A DNA stretch of 64,000 nucleotides from Octopus bimaculoides (GCF_001194135.2 NC_068991.1:40272178-40336177), one strand, 5' to 3'. Shown: positions 11,996 to 25,371, counted from the first letter of the stretch. Made by a program: numbers and translations. Notes: a model not told the origin generated them from the letters alone.

Positions 11996-13830
11996 CCACC
12001 ATCATCATCATCATCATCATCATCATTTAATGTCTGTTTTCCATGCTGGCATGGGTTGGATGGTTTGACTGAGAACTGGCTGGCTGCACCAGGCTCCAAT
12101 CTAATTTGACAAGGTTTCTACAGCTGGATGCCCTTCCTAATGCCAACCACTTCGTGAGAGTAGCGGGTGCTTTTAACATGCCACTGGCACAGGATCCAGT
12201 CGGGCAGCACTGGCATTGATCATGCTCAAATGGTGCTTTTTATGTGCCACTGGCACGGGTACTAGTCAGGCAGCACTGGCATCAGCCACGCTCAAATGCT
12301 GCTTTTAATGTTCCACCTGTACATGTGCCAGTCAGGTGGCACTGGCATCGGCCATACTTGAATGGTGCTTTTTACCTGCCACCAGCATGGGTGCCAGTCA
12401 AGCGGCACTGGCGTCGGCCATGACTACAATCTTACTTGACTTGCCAGGTCTTCTGAAGCACGGCATATCTCCAAAGGTCTCAGTCATGCTTCACTACCTC
12501 ATCCCATGTTTTCCTGGGTCTATCTCTTTCACAGGTTCCCTCAACTGCTAGGGTGTGACACTTCTTCACACAGCTGTCCTCATCCATACGCATCACATGA
12601 CCATACCAGCACAGTCATCTCTCTTGCACACCACACCTGCTGCTTCTTATGTCCAACTTTTCTCTCAGGATGCTTACCCTCTGTTGTGTATGCACACTGA
12701 CATTACACATCTAGTGGAGCATACTAGCTTCATTTCTCTCAAGCCTACACGTCCTCAGCAGTCACAGCCCATGTTTCACTGCTGTGTAGCATGGCTGTTC
12801 ACACACAGACATCATACAGTCTACCTTTCACTCTGAGCAAGAGGCCCTTTGTTACCAGCAGAAGTAGGAGCTCTCTGAACTTTGCCCAGCCTATTCTTAT
12901 TCTAGCAGCTACACTCTCAGAGCATCTGCCCCTACTACTGACTTGGTCACCTAGGTAACGGAAGCTATCAACTACTTCTAGTTTTTCCTCCCTGGCATGT
13001 GATGGAATCTGTTTTCTGTGTTTATGGTGCCTGTGCATCTTTCATACACAAAAACTATCTTCCCAGTTAATCTTCCTTTGATATTCCTGCACCTCTTAGC
13101 TTACACCAGGTACATCTAATGGAGTTTCTACCTACACCTTTTCTACAGATTGAGCAGGGCCATCTACTTGAAGGGATTTGTGATTTGTCTACTTTCCTAT
13201 TTACTAAGACTTTGGTTTTTGCTAGATTGATCCTAAAGCCCTTTGATTCTAGACCTTGCTTCTACACCTGAAACTTCTTCACTAGTTCTGGGAGTTACTC
13301 AGCTATTAGAGCAAGGTCATCAGCATTGAGGAGCTCCCAGGGGCAGCGTGTCTTGAATTCCTCTGTTATTGCCTGGAGAATTATGATGAACAAGAGGAGG
13401 CTGACTACTGATCCTTGGTGAACCCCTACTTCTACCCGGAATTCTTTGCTATATTTGTTACCAACTCTCACCTTACTGACAGCATCCTTGTAAATGGCTT
13501 GTACAGCTCTCACCAACTACTAATGTATCCCTAGTTTTTGCATTGACCACCAGATAAGGGTTTTGTGAACTCTGTCAAAAGCTTTCTTCATGTCAACAAA
13601 AGCCAAGTACAGAGGTTTATCTTTGGCTAGGAATTTCTCCTGCAGCTGTCTTAGCAGAAATATAGCATCATCTGTGCTTCTCCTTGGCACAAGACCAAAC
13701 TGCATCTCAACTAAACTCTCTCCCTAATTAGATGATCTATGACCCTCTCCATGACTTTCATCACTTGATCCAACAATTTGATACCTCTGTAATTATTTCT
13801 GTCTATGGTGTTACCGTTACTGCCTTGTAG
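11996..13830 (-). mobile_element. 5'-truncated RTE LINE (ORF2 RT remnant 12432-13830, 3' UTR, (GAT)n tail)
   Basis: Track ORFs MQFGLVPRRSTDDAIFLLRQLQEK..AFVDMKKAFDRV, GVHQGSVVSLLLF..PWELLNADDL, EVVDSFRYLGDQV; frameshifts and stops. Confidence 0.95.
12166..12420. repeat. 66-bp tandem repeat (~4 units) in RTE 3' UTR
   Basis: gcactggc anchor at 12207, 12273, 12339, 12405. Confidence 0.9.
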
Positions 13831-13845
13831 AATTTTACTTGAATT

Positions 13846-14100
13846 AACCCTAGTACTGGTATTTATTCTATTGGTCTCATTTTCTAAACTGCTAAGTTAT
13901 TGGAACGCAAACACACCGCAGGTTGTCAAGCAGTGATCATGCACACACACACACACACAACAAGTTTACATCTACCAAATCCATTCACAAGGTTTCGGTC
14001 AACCCGAGACTATAGTAAACATTTGCCCTAGGTGCCACACAGTGAAACTGAACCTGGAACCATGTCGTTGGGGGCAAACTTTTTACCACACATCCACACC
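13846..14100 (-). mobile_element. CORE-type SINE
   Basis: Reverse complement matches 37845-38232 (tctaccaaatccattcacaaggtttcggtcaacccgagactatagt). Confidence 0.7.
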
Positions 14101-14564
14101 TTATGTTTTGTTTTATGAAGTAATTACAATAAGGTTTTGTTGTATGCTGAGCTTTCCAAAGTTATCTATTCTCCTTCTTTGTATTTTTTCTACAAATATC
14201 CCTTAAGCTTCTGCTGCTAAGTCATATATTTTTATCTTTCTTTTATGTTATTTATTTTAAAGTACCTAACATTTTCCTTTTGTGCTACATATCTACAATT
14301 TATTGGACCATTTATTGCCAGTTGGCATTGAAAACAGCAACTATTATCAGATATCTAAAGGTAAACATAATTAAACAAGACAGGTAATGGATATATAATT
14401 ACTACTTGAAAAATATGCCTGAATACCTAGAAGATGCCATAGCAACAAAATATCCTTCAGTCTTTTTTAGAGGTTCTTACCACTCTAAATCAGTGAAGTC
14501 TGTGATATTCTCTTCCCAAGCATTTGTAATGACTATTATTATTATTATTATTATTATTATTTAA

Positions 14565-14793
14565 GGCGGAGAGCTGGCAGAATCATTAGCATCCTGGCGA
14601 AATGCTTATCAGTATTTCGTCTGTCTCTGCATTCTGAGTTCAAATGCCGCCGGGGTCAACTTTACCTTTCATCCTTTTGGTGTCAATAAATTAAGTACCA
14701 GTTATGCACTGGGGTTGATGTAATCACCTAGGCCCCTCCCCAAAACTTTCAGGCCTTGTGCCTATAGTAGGAGGGTTTATTATTATTATTATT
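14565..14793 (+). mobile_element. tRNA-derived SINE, family A
   Basis: ggcggagagctggcagaatcattagc head, ctgagttcaaat B-box, (TTA)n tail; preceded by (TTA)n. Confidence 0.85.
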
Positions 14794-15141
14794 TCTTGGC
14801 TTTTATCTTTATAGAAAAAAAAATGATGTGATGTGATGTGATGTGTTCTTTATCTGTAATCATTCATTTCATCTTTGCGGTGGTGAATTTCTTCTACCTG
14901 CTGTAGAAAAGCACTTCCACCAAATGTTCTCAGAATAACAAGAAAGGCATATCCAGAAAGAAAGAGATATCTGATCTCAAGTTTAGATTCTAAAGGTGAT
15001 GTGATTCAAGCTTGAAATAATAGTGATATGGTGCTTTAGCATAGAAAATGGTTACTAAAATTATGTCATATTTCTTGTATTATATGTGAAGTGAGATTAT
15101 AGATGAACTTTTGAATGGGGCCTTATTGGTCATCACTTCCC

Positions 15142-15540
15142 TGCACAGCCATAGAGTTAAGACATCTGCTTCCCAACCATTTGATATCAGGTTCAGTCCC
15201 ACTGCATGACACCTTGGACTAAAGTTTTCTACTTATTTGTCAATAGATTTGGTAAATGGAACCTGAATAAAGCCTGTTGTGTGTGTGTAGACACACACTA
15301 CCACATACTACCAAGTGTGTTTATGTTTGTGCCTCTTTGTCTTGGCATCACTGTCATACAAGCAGTATCATTCACTCCTAATCATCTATGAAGACATCTC
15401 CAATTGTGAAGAGATATTACGCTATTAGAAAACAAGTTAGGGTTGGCAACAGGACGGGCACCTGGCTGTATAAAATATGCCTCAGTGAATTCTATCTAAT
15501 CCATGTAAATATGGGAAAGGTAAAACAATGAAGATGAGGA
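15142..15540 (+). mobile_element. CORE-type SINE with RTE-derived tail, decayed
   Basis: ggttcagtcccactgcatgacaccttggac and gggttggcaacaggacgggcacctggctgta. Confidence 0.65.
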
Positions 15541-16980
15541 ATTCTAAGATAACATCAGATAAGAACAGAGACCAAAATTTGAACTGAGCTCTCAAAACTG
15601 TCATCTGTATTTTTAATCAATCTCTGATTTATGTCATTTTGAAAATTATTTCCAGCTGTTTCTAAGATTTTAGATGTAACTTCATTGATGAAAATGTCTT
15701 TAGAACTAAAATTGCTATTTATGATTTTTAAATAAAACAAATTGTTTTAGTTATGCTATTTAAATCAGCATACAATTGAAGTTAGTATCTTTCTTTTATA
15801 GCCATTTCAACAGCTATTAGTACTTTACATTACTATTTACATTGCTACTTTGACAACGTAATCAGTACTGGAGACGGAACTATTAGTAACTAAGTATCTG
15901 CAATGTAAAGTGATTAGAAATAGATTAAGGAATTGCTGCCTTTTAAAACTAACAATGGCTGCTTTTTTTTTTTTTTTTTTTTTTTACATAAAAAGGTAGG
16001 ATGTATTCAATAGGTAAAAATATGATGCTGTATGGGTGTGAGTGTGAAATATTGACAGTAGCTAGATAAAACTGAGTGGAGCAGTGGAGCATGACTAAGT
16101 TGATGTGTAAAAGAATTTGGAGTAAATTAACATTTGTTGGTGATTTAATAGGTTGCTTGGAGATCTAATATGAATATGATGCTGGCTATAGGCTAATTGG
16201 AAGCTGGTAAGGGTTGAAATGAAATAGTTGCTCTTGAGTAATTTGCAAGAGGTAACTAATAGAAAGAAACAACAATGAAGATCCATGTAACCCATACAAG
16301 TTTTTAAAAATCAGCAATTAAAAGGCTGCTGCTGCTAATGGTGTTGATATCTAGATAACTTCTCTTTCTTTTTCTCTCTCTCTCTTCCTCCCCTGTTAAT
16401 TTGGCAAATTGTACTAATAGACAGTGTCATATATTATTTATATGCCAAAGTAAAAATATTATTTGTAATGTTCCATTTTGGTAATCAAGGTAACTACCTG
16501 CATAAAAGATTGGTTCAGAGAACCTTTCTCAAATCAGATGGCTTCTGCCCTGAGTGCAGTTATTTTTATTTATAATTGAATACACCAAGTTATAGTGTAT
16601 ATCAAAATGAAACATTCTCTATAATATCAGAAAGTTTGTAAATTTCCTTATAGGTGTTGTTTTATGTACCATATTAAATTACTTTTCCAATAATACCTTG
16701 CCATGAGAAATTCAGTTATATTTCTGGTACAGCTGACTCCTGAAGATTTTTCATACTTTTTTTTTATATAAATCCACAATAAAGTATTGTTAAATACTAA
16801 AATTTCATTTATTTTATTACTTTTGAGCTGATTTCTTTTCAATATATGACACGATTTTGACTTCAATGGCTGGCTACCTTTATTTTGATACAAAAGGAAG
16901 AAAGTTCTTAACAAAAAATAAATTCACTGAAACTTACAAGTGAACCTAATTAAAAATATTTAGTAATCTTTGTATTAAAT

Positions 16981-17260
16981 AAGTGGTTCTTAACCAGAGT
17001 CCTTATATGGCACCTAATGTCCATATAAGATTTTTGGGGTTCCACTCAACAAAATAGTAAACTGGGGATCCACAATATTATTTTAAGGTGCCCCTGAAGA
17101 AATTTTGCTTTAGATGTATGTATTGCAAGAAACAGGTTTCTTCATGAAAAGCAAAATAGGAATTTTAAAAGAAGTTTCTATAAAACTAGTTTTTAAGCAT
17201 TGAATAGCATTGAATAGCAATCAAAGGGGTGCATAGATAAAAAATGGTTGGGAACCCCTA
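16981..17260. mobile_element. hAT-like MITE
   Basis: Imperfect TIRs aagtggttcttaacca / tggttgggaaccccta; no clear 8-bp TSD. Confidence 0.55.
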
Positions 17261-17920
17261 AAAATAAGTATATCATGCAAGATTATTTTGTTTGCTGTTA
17301 TTTTTCAGCAGCCAAGAGAGTTTGCAATTTTTCATGGAGTTAAAATGTTATGTTGCAATGTTCATACTTTTCCTGAGAGCATGAGTAATATAATCTGAGT
17401 TTTATCTAGCTATCAGCTTAGACTAACATTTCTGGTGTTCTGTGGAAAGAACAAGTAATATTTCCTACAGTATTTACTTAATTCAGCATTTTGATCCCCA
17501 ATGATTATTGTTATGATATAGTAGAACAACAGTATACCCAGAGGTAAATAAATGGGACCCTTGGCCATATCTCAGCATGACTGAACAAGCGTTACAAGCT
17601 AGAGATGAGACAGCTTGTATAAGTTGTTGAAGAAAGGCAACATGCTAAATTTCATATCAATGTTTTTAAAACAAAATTTTTATTGTAGAACTAAATACTC
17701 ATTTGTATAATTCTCTTGAGCTGGAGATGAGATAGACTTGTAATTTTATGTAAATAAGTCTGTAATGTAATAGAAATAGTTGAAGCTTTATCAGATGCTG
17801 TATTTACTATTTACTACTGCTGCTATAAATACCCTTGTAAACTACCACTTTTCAGTTTAACGGCAGAGTGAAAATTAAAGCCTTATTTTAATTGACTTTT
17901 ATTTTGGTTTATTCTTTCTT

Positions 17921-18145
17921 CAATTTAGCATTCAGGTTAATTTATCAAATCTAATGCTTATTTATCCACATTTTTAAAAATTAACCACATAGTACTTTGT
18001 AAGCTTCAAGGTTTTGAAGATGTGAGTGTTTATTTTTAGAATAACATTGTAGGATGGGTGTGAAAGACTGGATTTGGCCACTTTCAACATAAAACAGGTA
18101 GAATATTTGAGCTGGATATAGCTGGTTTAAATGTTAGAGGGTTAA
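17921..18145 (+). mobile_element. piggyBac-type MITE, family P1
   Basis: tttagcattcag...aatgttagagggttaa. Confidence 0.7.
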
Positions 18146-20023
18146 CTTACTAAAATTAGTATGAAATGTAGGCCACAATCTGAAAAACTTGTAGTTCAAC
18201 AGCTCTTCAGCCTTCACATATGTTTTTAAGTATTTTCTATTCATCTTTCCAGAGTTACATTTTAAAGGAGTTAATGACATTATGAGATTTTTTTCAAATT
18301 CCATTTCCCCTCAAAATGAACCGGTAGGTATATATGCCTATTTAAGATAATGCACCATAACTGGTTTGATCAAAGAGAAGCATAAGAAAAATATATCTAA
18401 ATCAAAAGTTGTTTTGAAATCTAATAAGACCCTGAATAATAGTAGATATAAACTTCCAGGTACATCTGTATTGCTTTCATAACACCTTTTAGGAAGTGGG
18501 CGATATGTGTGTTATATTGTTACCATCCGGAAAACCATAACATGAACTCTAGGATCTATTTAAAAATTTACTTTTGCTCCTACTACTACAACATAGGAAT
18601 CTATTCAACTTAATGCCTTACACTTTATGTGACCCTTCAAACTCAACACTGTTTGAACATATCTTCACTTTTCCTCTGAAACTGTTGCAACAATGAGTAT
18701 GTCAACCTGGCTTTCCTAAGGTAGAAAGAATCTATTAAGGGGGTACATCTCTAAGGAATGAACGCTTAGTCAAAGTTGAACTATTGCAATCAAATCCCCC
18801 AAATGCTGACATTTGTTTTCCCAGTGTTTAAGAACATACCATTGCAGTTAGGGAATGAACTCCATCAGGAAATATAACACTGAAGGTAGATATAAGTGTG
18901 ATCCAACTAAAATACCAATATTCATAAAAATCACATTGACTTATCTACCCTGGCTCCTGGCAAAGCACCAACACAGCCACCCAAACAAACATTACTAATG
19001 AACTCCTTGTGAACTTTATACTCCATCACTCTATTCACTTTAAAATATCTATTGAAAGATATTGATCTGGCAGTAATAATGTACTATGTTGTTTTATATT
19101 TTTGTTGTGGGGAGGGGAATGTAATAATTTTATGTATATAATACTGTATTCAACAAACAATAGATGCTAAAATTACTACCTGCTGTTGCTGCTATAAATA
19201 CTTTCCTATGCTTTTGCTACTATTTACCAGCAGATGTCATCCTGATCTAAATTGACTCCTGTTTTGGAATATACCTTATTTGGCCTAAAAATATAAACAT
19301 TATGTCCTAGATTTTAGGAAATAAGCTCAAGGATCTCTGTATGTTGATGATTTTTCTGCATATAGGGGAAAGAGTAGCATTTCAACTTAGTGTAATCTAT
19401 ATCCATATTTGTTTCAGATTTTCCAAATAAGTACATACTGTACAGTATTGTCAACTGTATTAAAGTGACTTTAGTGACACAAATTAACTTGGTAATAGAT
19501 TTCCATCATTACTTGGGTCTAATATTTGACTGAAAATTCATCTTCTAGCCATATAAACGAAAGTTCATACTAAAATGCTGAAAATTTTAAACATGCTAAG
19601 TTTTTAAGTCACACACATTAAGGAACTGACAGTGGATTATTACAGTGGCTCTATGATTGATAACGGTTGGATCTATGAAACAGGCTGAACGTTGGGCTTA
19701 AAACCAAAGTCAGAAGCAATTACTGGGTTAGTAGAGTGGTAGTTGATAAAAAAAAAGCTGTGGACTAAATATAAATTGTTATACAATGTGTTAAAATTTC
19801 CTCTTCACAAATATTAATTTGACTGGTTTCTACACTGAAAATAGTCCAATCAGATTTAAGGGTTTCTACCAAGGAGGATCTAGTAAAAGCAAATTTCTTT
19901 CTAAGAACAAAATTTGTAAAGCTTGGATTTGGACTTATTGTTTAACTCCTATTTTATAGATACAATGTTTCTTTCATAAATTTAGTAGGGATAAATTGTT
20001 TGTAAATTCCTTAATAAATGTAA

Positions 20024-20227
20024 CTAACACTTTGTAACCATACTTCTGTTATTATAAACTGCCTTTATTTCAAATGATTTTTTAAATAATGAAGAATTTA
20101 GTAAAATAACCTCATTATTAAGCTGGGATCAGGAGCAACTTAGCACAAAATTTTGATGGAAGATTATGATTTAGACCATTTTAAAACAGTAAGTTTATAG
20201 AACTTGGGGTGGTCTCAGGCAGGTTAA
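20024..20227 (+). mobile_element. piggyBac-type MITE, family P2
   Basis: Body aataatgaagaatttagtaaaataac...ggtctcaggcaggttaa. Confidence 0.65.
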
Positions 20228-21240
20228 AAAAACCCACTCAGTATTGTTATTTTCATTTAACCCAGACAGGTTAGTGGTGCTAAAACATTGTCTGATTATT
20301 CATATTGGTTATGTATGTTTTGTGGTTTTAATCAATATAAGAAATATATGATTAGTCTAATTACAAATAGGGTATTCAATGGCACCGTAAATTGATGAGT
20401 TAAAGGCCAAGGTTTTGTGTGCCAATTCCATAACCCTACTTACAACTATAGTTCATACCAAAAGTTTATTTATAAGACCATCTCCAGAAGGAAAATGTAC
20501 TAAACTGGTTTTACAATATTTATAGATGGATATTTATATATGTTGTATGACGTAATATAGCAAGTGACTAACAGTTCACTATAGTACTATACTTGACTAG
20601 TACTTACTATAGTTGTATAAACTTATAGTTGACCATATTTGTTGTAAGTCAAAATTTAGTGACAACCAAGAAATAAACCAATGTGTAAAGAATTTCGTTG
20701 GCATTATAGCCATTCATTTGCATTCTGATTACCTAAATATTGTCTACAAGAAGATAGATGAAGACAAGAGAAAAAAAATATAGACAAATTAATCCCATCT
20801 TAGCTATAATGGAAAGACTGCAGAAGTAGATAGAAAAAGTAGTTCATCATCATGATGAACAGCCCAGAGCATATATGTATTCTCATGTGACCTGTTGTTT
20901 TCCATAAACCTAGTAGGAAAACAAAAAACTGTGTTTGAAAACACACTTTACATTTATTTACAGACTGTTTAACCAAAACTTTTATTAGTTATTTATTGGA
21001 ACACAGTCATAATATTCACTTTAAGCAACAATGAAATATGTGATAAAATATATTTAAAATTTTTGGAGGTTGCTTTTTCTCTTTGTAATGTAGGTTATCG
21101 ATTTAAAGAAATTCTTAATGGTTTCTATAAAAGATGCATTTTACCTCTAAACTGTGAGCCTTTGAAACATATTGCTTTTTATACTTTATAGTCTTGCCCC
21201 CTCTTTCTATCATAGTTTTTTTGTTTTTTGTTTTTTGCAG

Positions 21241-21265
21241 ATAAGATTGCATTAAAATTGCTTTG
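21241..21265 (+). other. Candidate 25-nt micro-exon (DKIALKLL, phase 1-2)
   Basis: Long U-tract ttttttgttttttgttttttgcag acceptor and tg|gtgagt donor. Confidence 0.25.
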
Positions 21266-21609
21266 GTGAGTTATCAGATTTATCAACTTATCTCTTATTT
21301 GAATCTTTTTACCTTTAATCTTGTAGGCAATGAACTTCACTTGAGGCTTTGCTTATGTGTCTGAAATTGGTATTGGGTACTTTTCAAAAGTAGAGATGAA
21401 TTGCTACTACTTGTCTTTGAGATTAAGCAGATTGTGAATTCAAAAGAATTAACAAATCAAATCCAGTAGCTAGTATTGTTCCAGACAATAATACTTTAGG
21501 CACTTAATGGTCCTTCTGTCTAGAAATAAAGATGCTTGTGTAGAAGACATTTACTTCAACATTGTTCAGTATTCCACATTGGTTGTTATGGAGCTTAATT
21601 CATTATCAT

Positions 21610-21815
21610 CTAACCCTTTAGCATTCAGATTATTCTATCAAATGCAACACTTTTTCATTCACATTCTTTTGAATTAATTATGCATTATCTTGAAGTTTCA
21701 AGATTATAATGATGTAATTGTTTATTTTTAGAATGACATTGTAGGATAGATATGAGAGGCCAAATCTGGACAGTTTGAACATAATACAAGTAGAATATTT
21801 GGGCTGGATACGGCT
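21610..21815 (+). mobile_element. piggyBac-type MITE, family P1 (3' end lost)
   Basis: ctaaccctttagcattcagatt start. Confidence 0.7.
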
Positions 21816-22041
21816 ACGTGTGAATGTCTTCTTTCCATACTGGATGCACATACCATGTGCTCCTAGTCAGTTCTTAGGGTTATTGCCTTCCTTGACTGGT
21901 CAATAAATCATGTCTTAATCATGTTCTGCTTTTGACATTGTTTCAAAGACTCAACACCCTTCCTAACATAACCAACAGGCTGTTCTGGATGCATTTTATT
22001 GTGCCACCAGCGCAACAGAAGTTGTCATGTTCATGACAAGA

Positions 22042-22250
22042 TTAACCCTTTCGTTACTGTATTCATTTTGAGATGTTCTGTGTTTCTTTCAATTACTTTA
22101 AATATAACAAAAAATTTAGTAAAATAGCTTAGTCATCATTCAGCTAGTGTTAGGAACATAAATTGTGACGAATGTTTGGTGGAAGATTTTAATTGAAAAC
22201 TTATGAAAACAAGACATTTGTACTCAGAGCTGGTTTCATCCGGGTTGGTA
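22042..22250 (+). mobile_element. piggyBac-type MITE, family P2
   Basis: ttaaccctttcgttac start, ccgggttggta end. Confidence 0.7.
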
Positions 22251-23164
22251 CTTAGTACTATCTCTGTTCAATTACCAACCACTTACAGAGAGGTATTGGC
22301 TGCATTTTTTATGGCACCAGCACTAGAGAGGTTCCTTTGCCTCCTGCAGAACTAAAGAGTTCTCTCTACTCTATTGTCTACCTTCCAAGGTAAACATGAA
22401 TATGCAGCTATATGTTATTATCATGTTATTCTAAGTCAACAGAAGTTCAGATGTCCCCATTTCGAAGACACTGGTTCCTGTATTGTGAAAAATTGGACTG
22501 AGTTGGTCAAGTGACAACTATATTTTTTCTATAGCTATAAAACAACTAGAAAAACTTAGCTTTCTGCTGTGTAAAGTGGTGATTGTTTTATTTGTGTTCA
22601 ATTCAAAAACTTTCAGCAGACTGTTCTAAACAGTATTACTTTTAATAATCTTGTGTAATTAAGATAACACAAATATAAATAATTTCCACTTAAATTAAAG
22701 GCTAAAATTACTGAGATGATTCACAGATTTATTAGTGCTAATGACTTACAGCTATAATTACATTTGATTAAAAATTATTTTTAACTCACTACATTAAATA
22801 TGGTTGCCTGTACTTAACTAAATGTTCTTCATGTAGGTGATATGCTTGGGACATTTTCCAGTAATATTGTTTCAAATAATTGAATCAATAAATTATTATC
22901 ATACCAAATCTATATGCGCTTTCAATCCTTCTGTAGTCTGGTATCTATATGTTGACTATTTTTTACCAAAGAGTTCTGATAAGGTGGAAACATCCAGAGT
23001 TACCATCAAATTAGACTGTCTCCCTGTCCACAGCATATCTCCATTGGTAAATTGAAGTTTCAGAGTTTCTTCCCTTCTATTTTTTTCAGAGCAGTTTTCA
23101 TTAATGCTTATTACTTTTCATTACATGTATAATTTCAATTGATTAAAAATTGTAATTCACTGCA

Positions 23165-23380
23165 TTAATCATTTTGTTATATTTCTGTTAAAAGACTCTG
23201 CTTTTGGTTCAATTAATTTTGAAAATTATGAAACATTTAATAAAATATCTTAGTCATTATTAAACTGGTATTTGGAACATGAAATGTTGAAGGAAAGTTT
23301 AATTTATATCACTTTAAATAAGAAGTTTGTATCATAGAACCAGGGGTTGGTCTCACACGGTTTAGTATCAAAAGCATTAA
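23165..23380 (+). mobile_element. piggyBac-type MITE, family P2
   Basis: Body homology; ends gtatcaaaagcattaa. Confidence 0.6.
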
Positions 23381-23829
23381 GTATGTTAATGCATATTTAA
23401 CTACATATATCGGTTTCTTTAACAAAAAAATTGGGTTTATCTGCAAATGTGCATTTGTGTGTGTGTATGTGTGTGCGTGTGCGCTTGCAAGCGTATGTGT
23501 TTAAGAAGTTCTCTTTGTAGATGCATAGTTTCAAGTTTGGTCATGGTGTACCTTGAGAAAATTTCTCGAATTGACCAAAGCTTTCTGAAAAGAATTTGGT
23601 TAATGGAAATTGTGCTGAAACCCATTCTGTGTCAGTATGCATGTGTGTATATATTTCTTTATTTATACCTGTGTAAAACAATGCATCAAGTTACAGGCAT
23701 TTTATATTAAAATATAATTTAACCATTCAGTAAACAAGGATCCCTAAAACAAGTACAGGGATTGATATAATTGAATTAAAAACCCTGAAGTGATGTTACC
23801 ACATGGCTTCAGTCCAATGATTAAAACTA

Positions 23830-24157
23830 GTGTAGGAACCTGATGCTGAGACCCCCTTAGGTCATGACTGACCATGGGATTACACCTATGGGCAAGGTTG
23901 TTTATGGAAGACCAGCAGTCGCCCATGCATACCAGCCTCCCCTCTCCATGCCACCAGTGTTATCCAAGGGAAAGGCAAAGGTTGATACAGCTTGGCACCA
24001 GTGACATTGCATCTTATTTCTACAGCTGAGTGAGCTGGAGCAACGTGAAATAAAGTGTCTTGCTCAAGAACACAACACGCAGCTCGGTCTGGGATTCGAA
24101 CTCACAACTTCACAATCGTAAGCTCGATGCTCTAACCACTGAGCCATGCACCTTCAC
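23830..24157 (-). mobile_element. tRNA-derived CORE-type SINE with intact Pol III boxes
   Basis: A-box TGGCTCAGTGG (24146-24136), B-box GTTCGAATCCC (24101-24091), CORE-like cttgagcaagacactttatttcacgttgctccag. Confidence 0.9.
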
Positions 24158-24300
24158 TATGCCACACTACTGATGACATTAAAGGCCCACAAACCGAATT
24201 TGATGGGATTTCTTATATGTTCGCTGTTTATTCATCTACCTATGAGATTGAGTTTGTATTTGAAGCATGGCATTGTGTCAGGTGAATTGATGTTTTTTAA

Positions 24301-24511
24301 TATTGGTTTCAAATTTTGGCACAAGGCCAGCTAACTCAGAGGGTGGGGTTAAGCCAATTACATGAACTCCAGTGCTCAGCTAGTACTTATTGTATTGACC
24401 CTGAAAGGATGAAAGGCAAAGTACCTCAGTTGAATTCAGACAGTAAAGACAGACAAAATGCAGCTAAACATTTTGCCCAGTGGGCTAATGATTCTGCCAG
24501 CTCACCACCTT
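24301..24511 (-). mobile_element. tRNA-derived SINE, family A
   Basis: Reverse complement of aaggtggtgagctggcagaatcattagc...ccttgtgccaaaatttgaaaccaata. Confidence 0.8.
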
Positions 24512-24674
24512 ATGTTTATTTAATATTAATATTTTGGTTTCTTTAGTTTTTTGTGTGTATGTGTCCTTGCATATATATATATTAGATTAGATTAGAATAT
24601 TTTAGCCCACTGATAGACTATGGTATGTTCCACATATTTATTTATATATATGTGTGTTTGTGTGTACATACACA

Positions 24675-24787
24675 TACAAAGGGTGTATGAAAAGTCTAAA
24701 GCCTCAAAAAAAAAAAAAAACATGGTACAAGACTTCTGATGAAGGTACAAGACTTCAAGGCTCAAAATTTTTCATACACCCCTCATA
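24675..24787. mobile_element. Tiny Tc1/mariner-type MITE
   Basis: TA|caaagggtgtatgaaaa ... ttttcatacacccctca|TA; internal 13-bp direct repeat ggtacaagacttc. Confidence 0.65.
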
Positions 24788-25371
24788 TATGGAATATACC
24801 AGTTAGGGAGGATTTGAGAGGACCATAGTTCAAATAAGGACTCAGTACACAATTATAAACTGGGCTTATGAAACAAATGGGGGCCATTTTCCTGCTAATA
24901 ATAATAAAATAGGTTATATAGAGAGATAGACACTGTAGTACCTGTCCAATCCAAGCATAATTGTAGACTGTAGACTTTGCTTATCTGAAAATTTATACTG
25001 AGGCAGTTTGCAATATTCATCAATAGAAACTCCAAGATGTGATGTAACTGCTTGAACATTCTGAGCTGAGCAATACAAATTCATGTTACTGTTGACTACA
25101 AGCCATATGGCATACACTCCATTGGTTATGAATATACACCTCAGCCACTCATCTAATAAATCAGTTGTCCAAATTTGGGCCAGAGGTATTTTCAACCATG
25201 TGACTGAATTCAAGATGCCCTAAAATATGGTAACGATAATGATGAATGTGTTTGTGCACACTCATGTAATTATATTTGGAAGTATTTATTTCCTCTTGAA
25301 ACCAGCTTTAAGCTTTCAAATTTTGGTGGACTTTTTTATGTGTGAGTGTGTGTATGTTTGTGTTTTTCCAA

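Noticed and set aside
15555-15740. Protein-like minus ORF (KIINSNFSSKDIFINEVTSKILETAGNNF...) with faint APE resemblance
   Set aside because: Motifs too weak to assign; no splice context
24085-24157. tRNA gene
   Set aside because: A/B boxes are present but the acceptor stem is absent and the sequence continues into a CORE-SINE body; all tRNA-like heads in the window are SINEs
24734-24760. CTGATGAAGG inside the small MITE
   Set aside because: No stem II-GAAA or stem I partner; not a hammerhead
24914-25213. 99-aa minus ORF ending near a cag|gtac donor
   Set aside because: No recognisable domain; a few ORFs of this length are expected by chance in 64 kb
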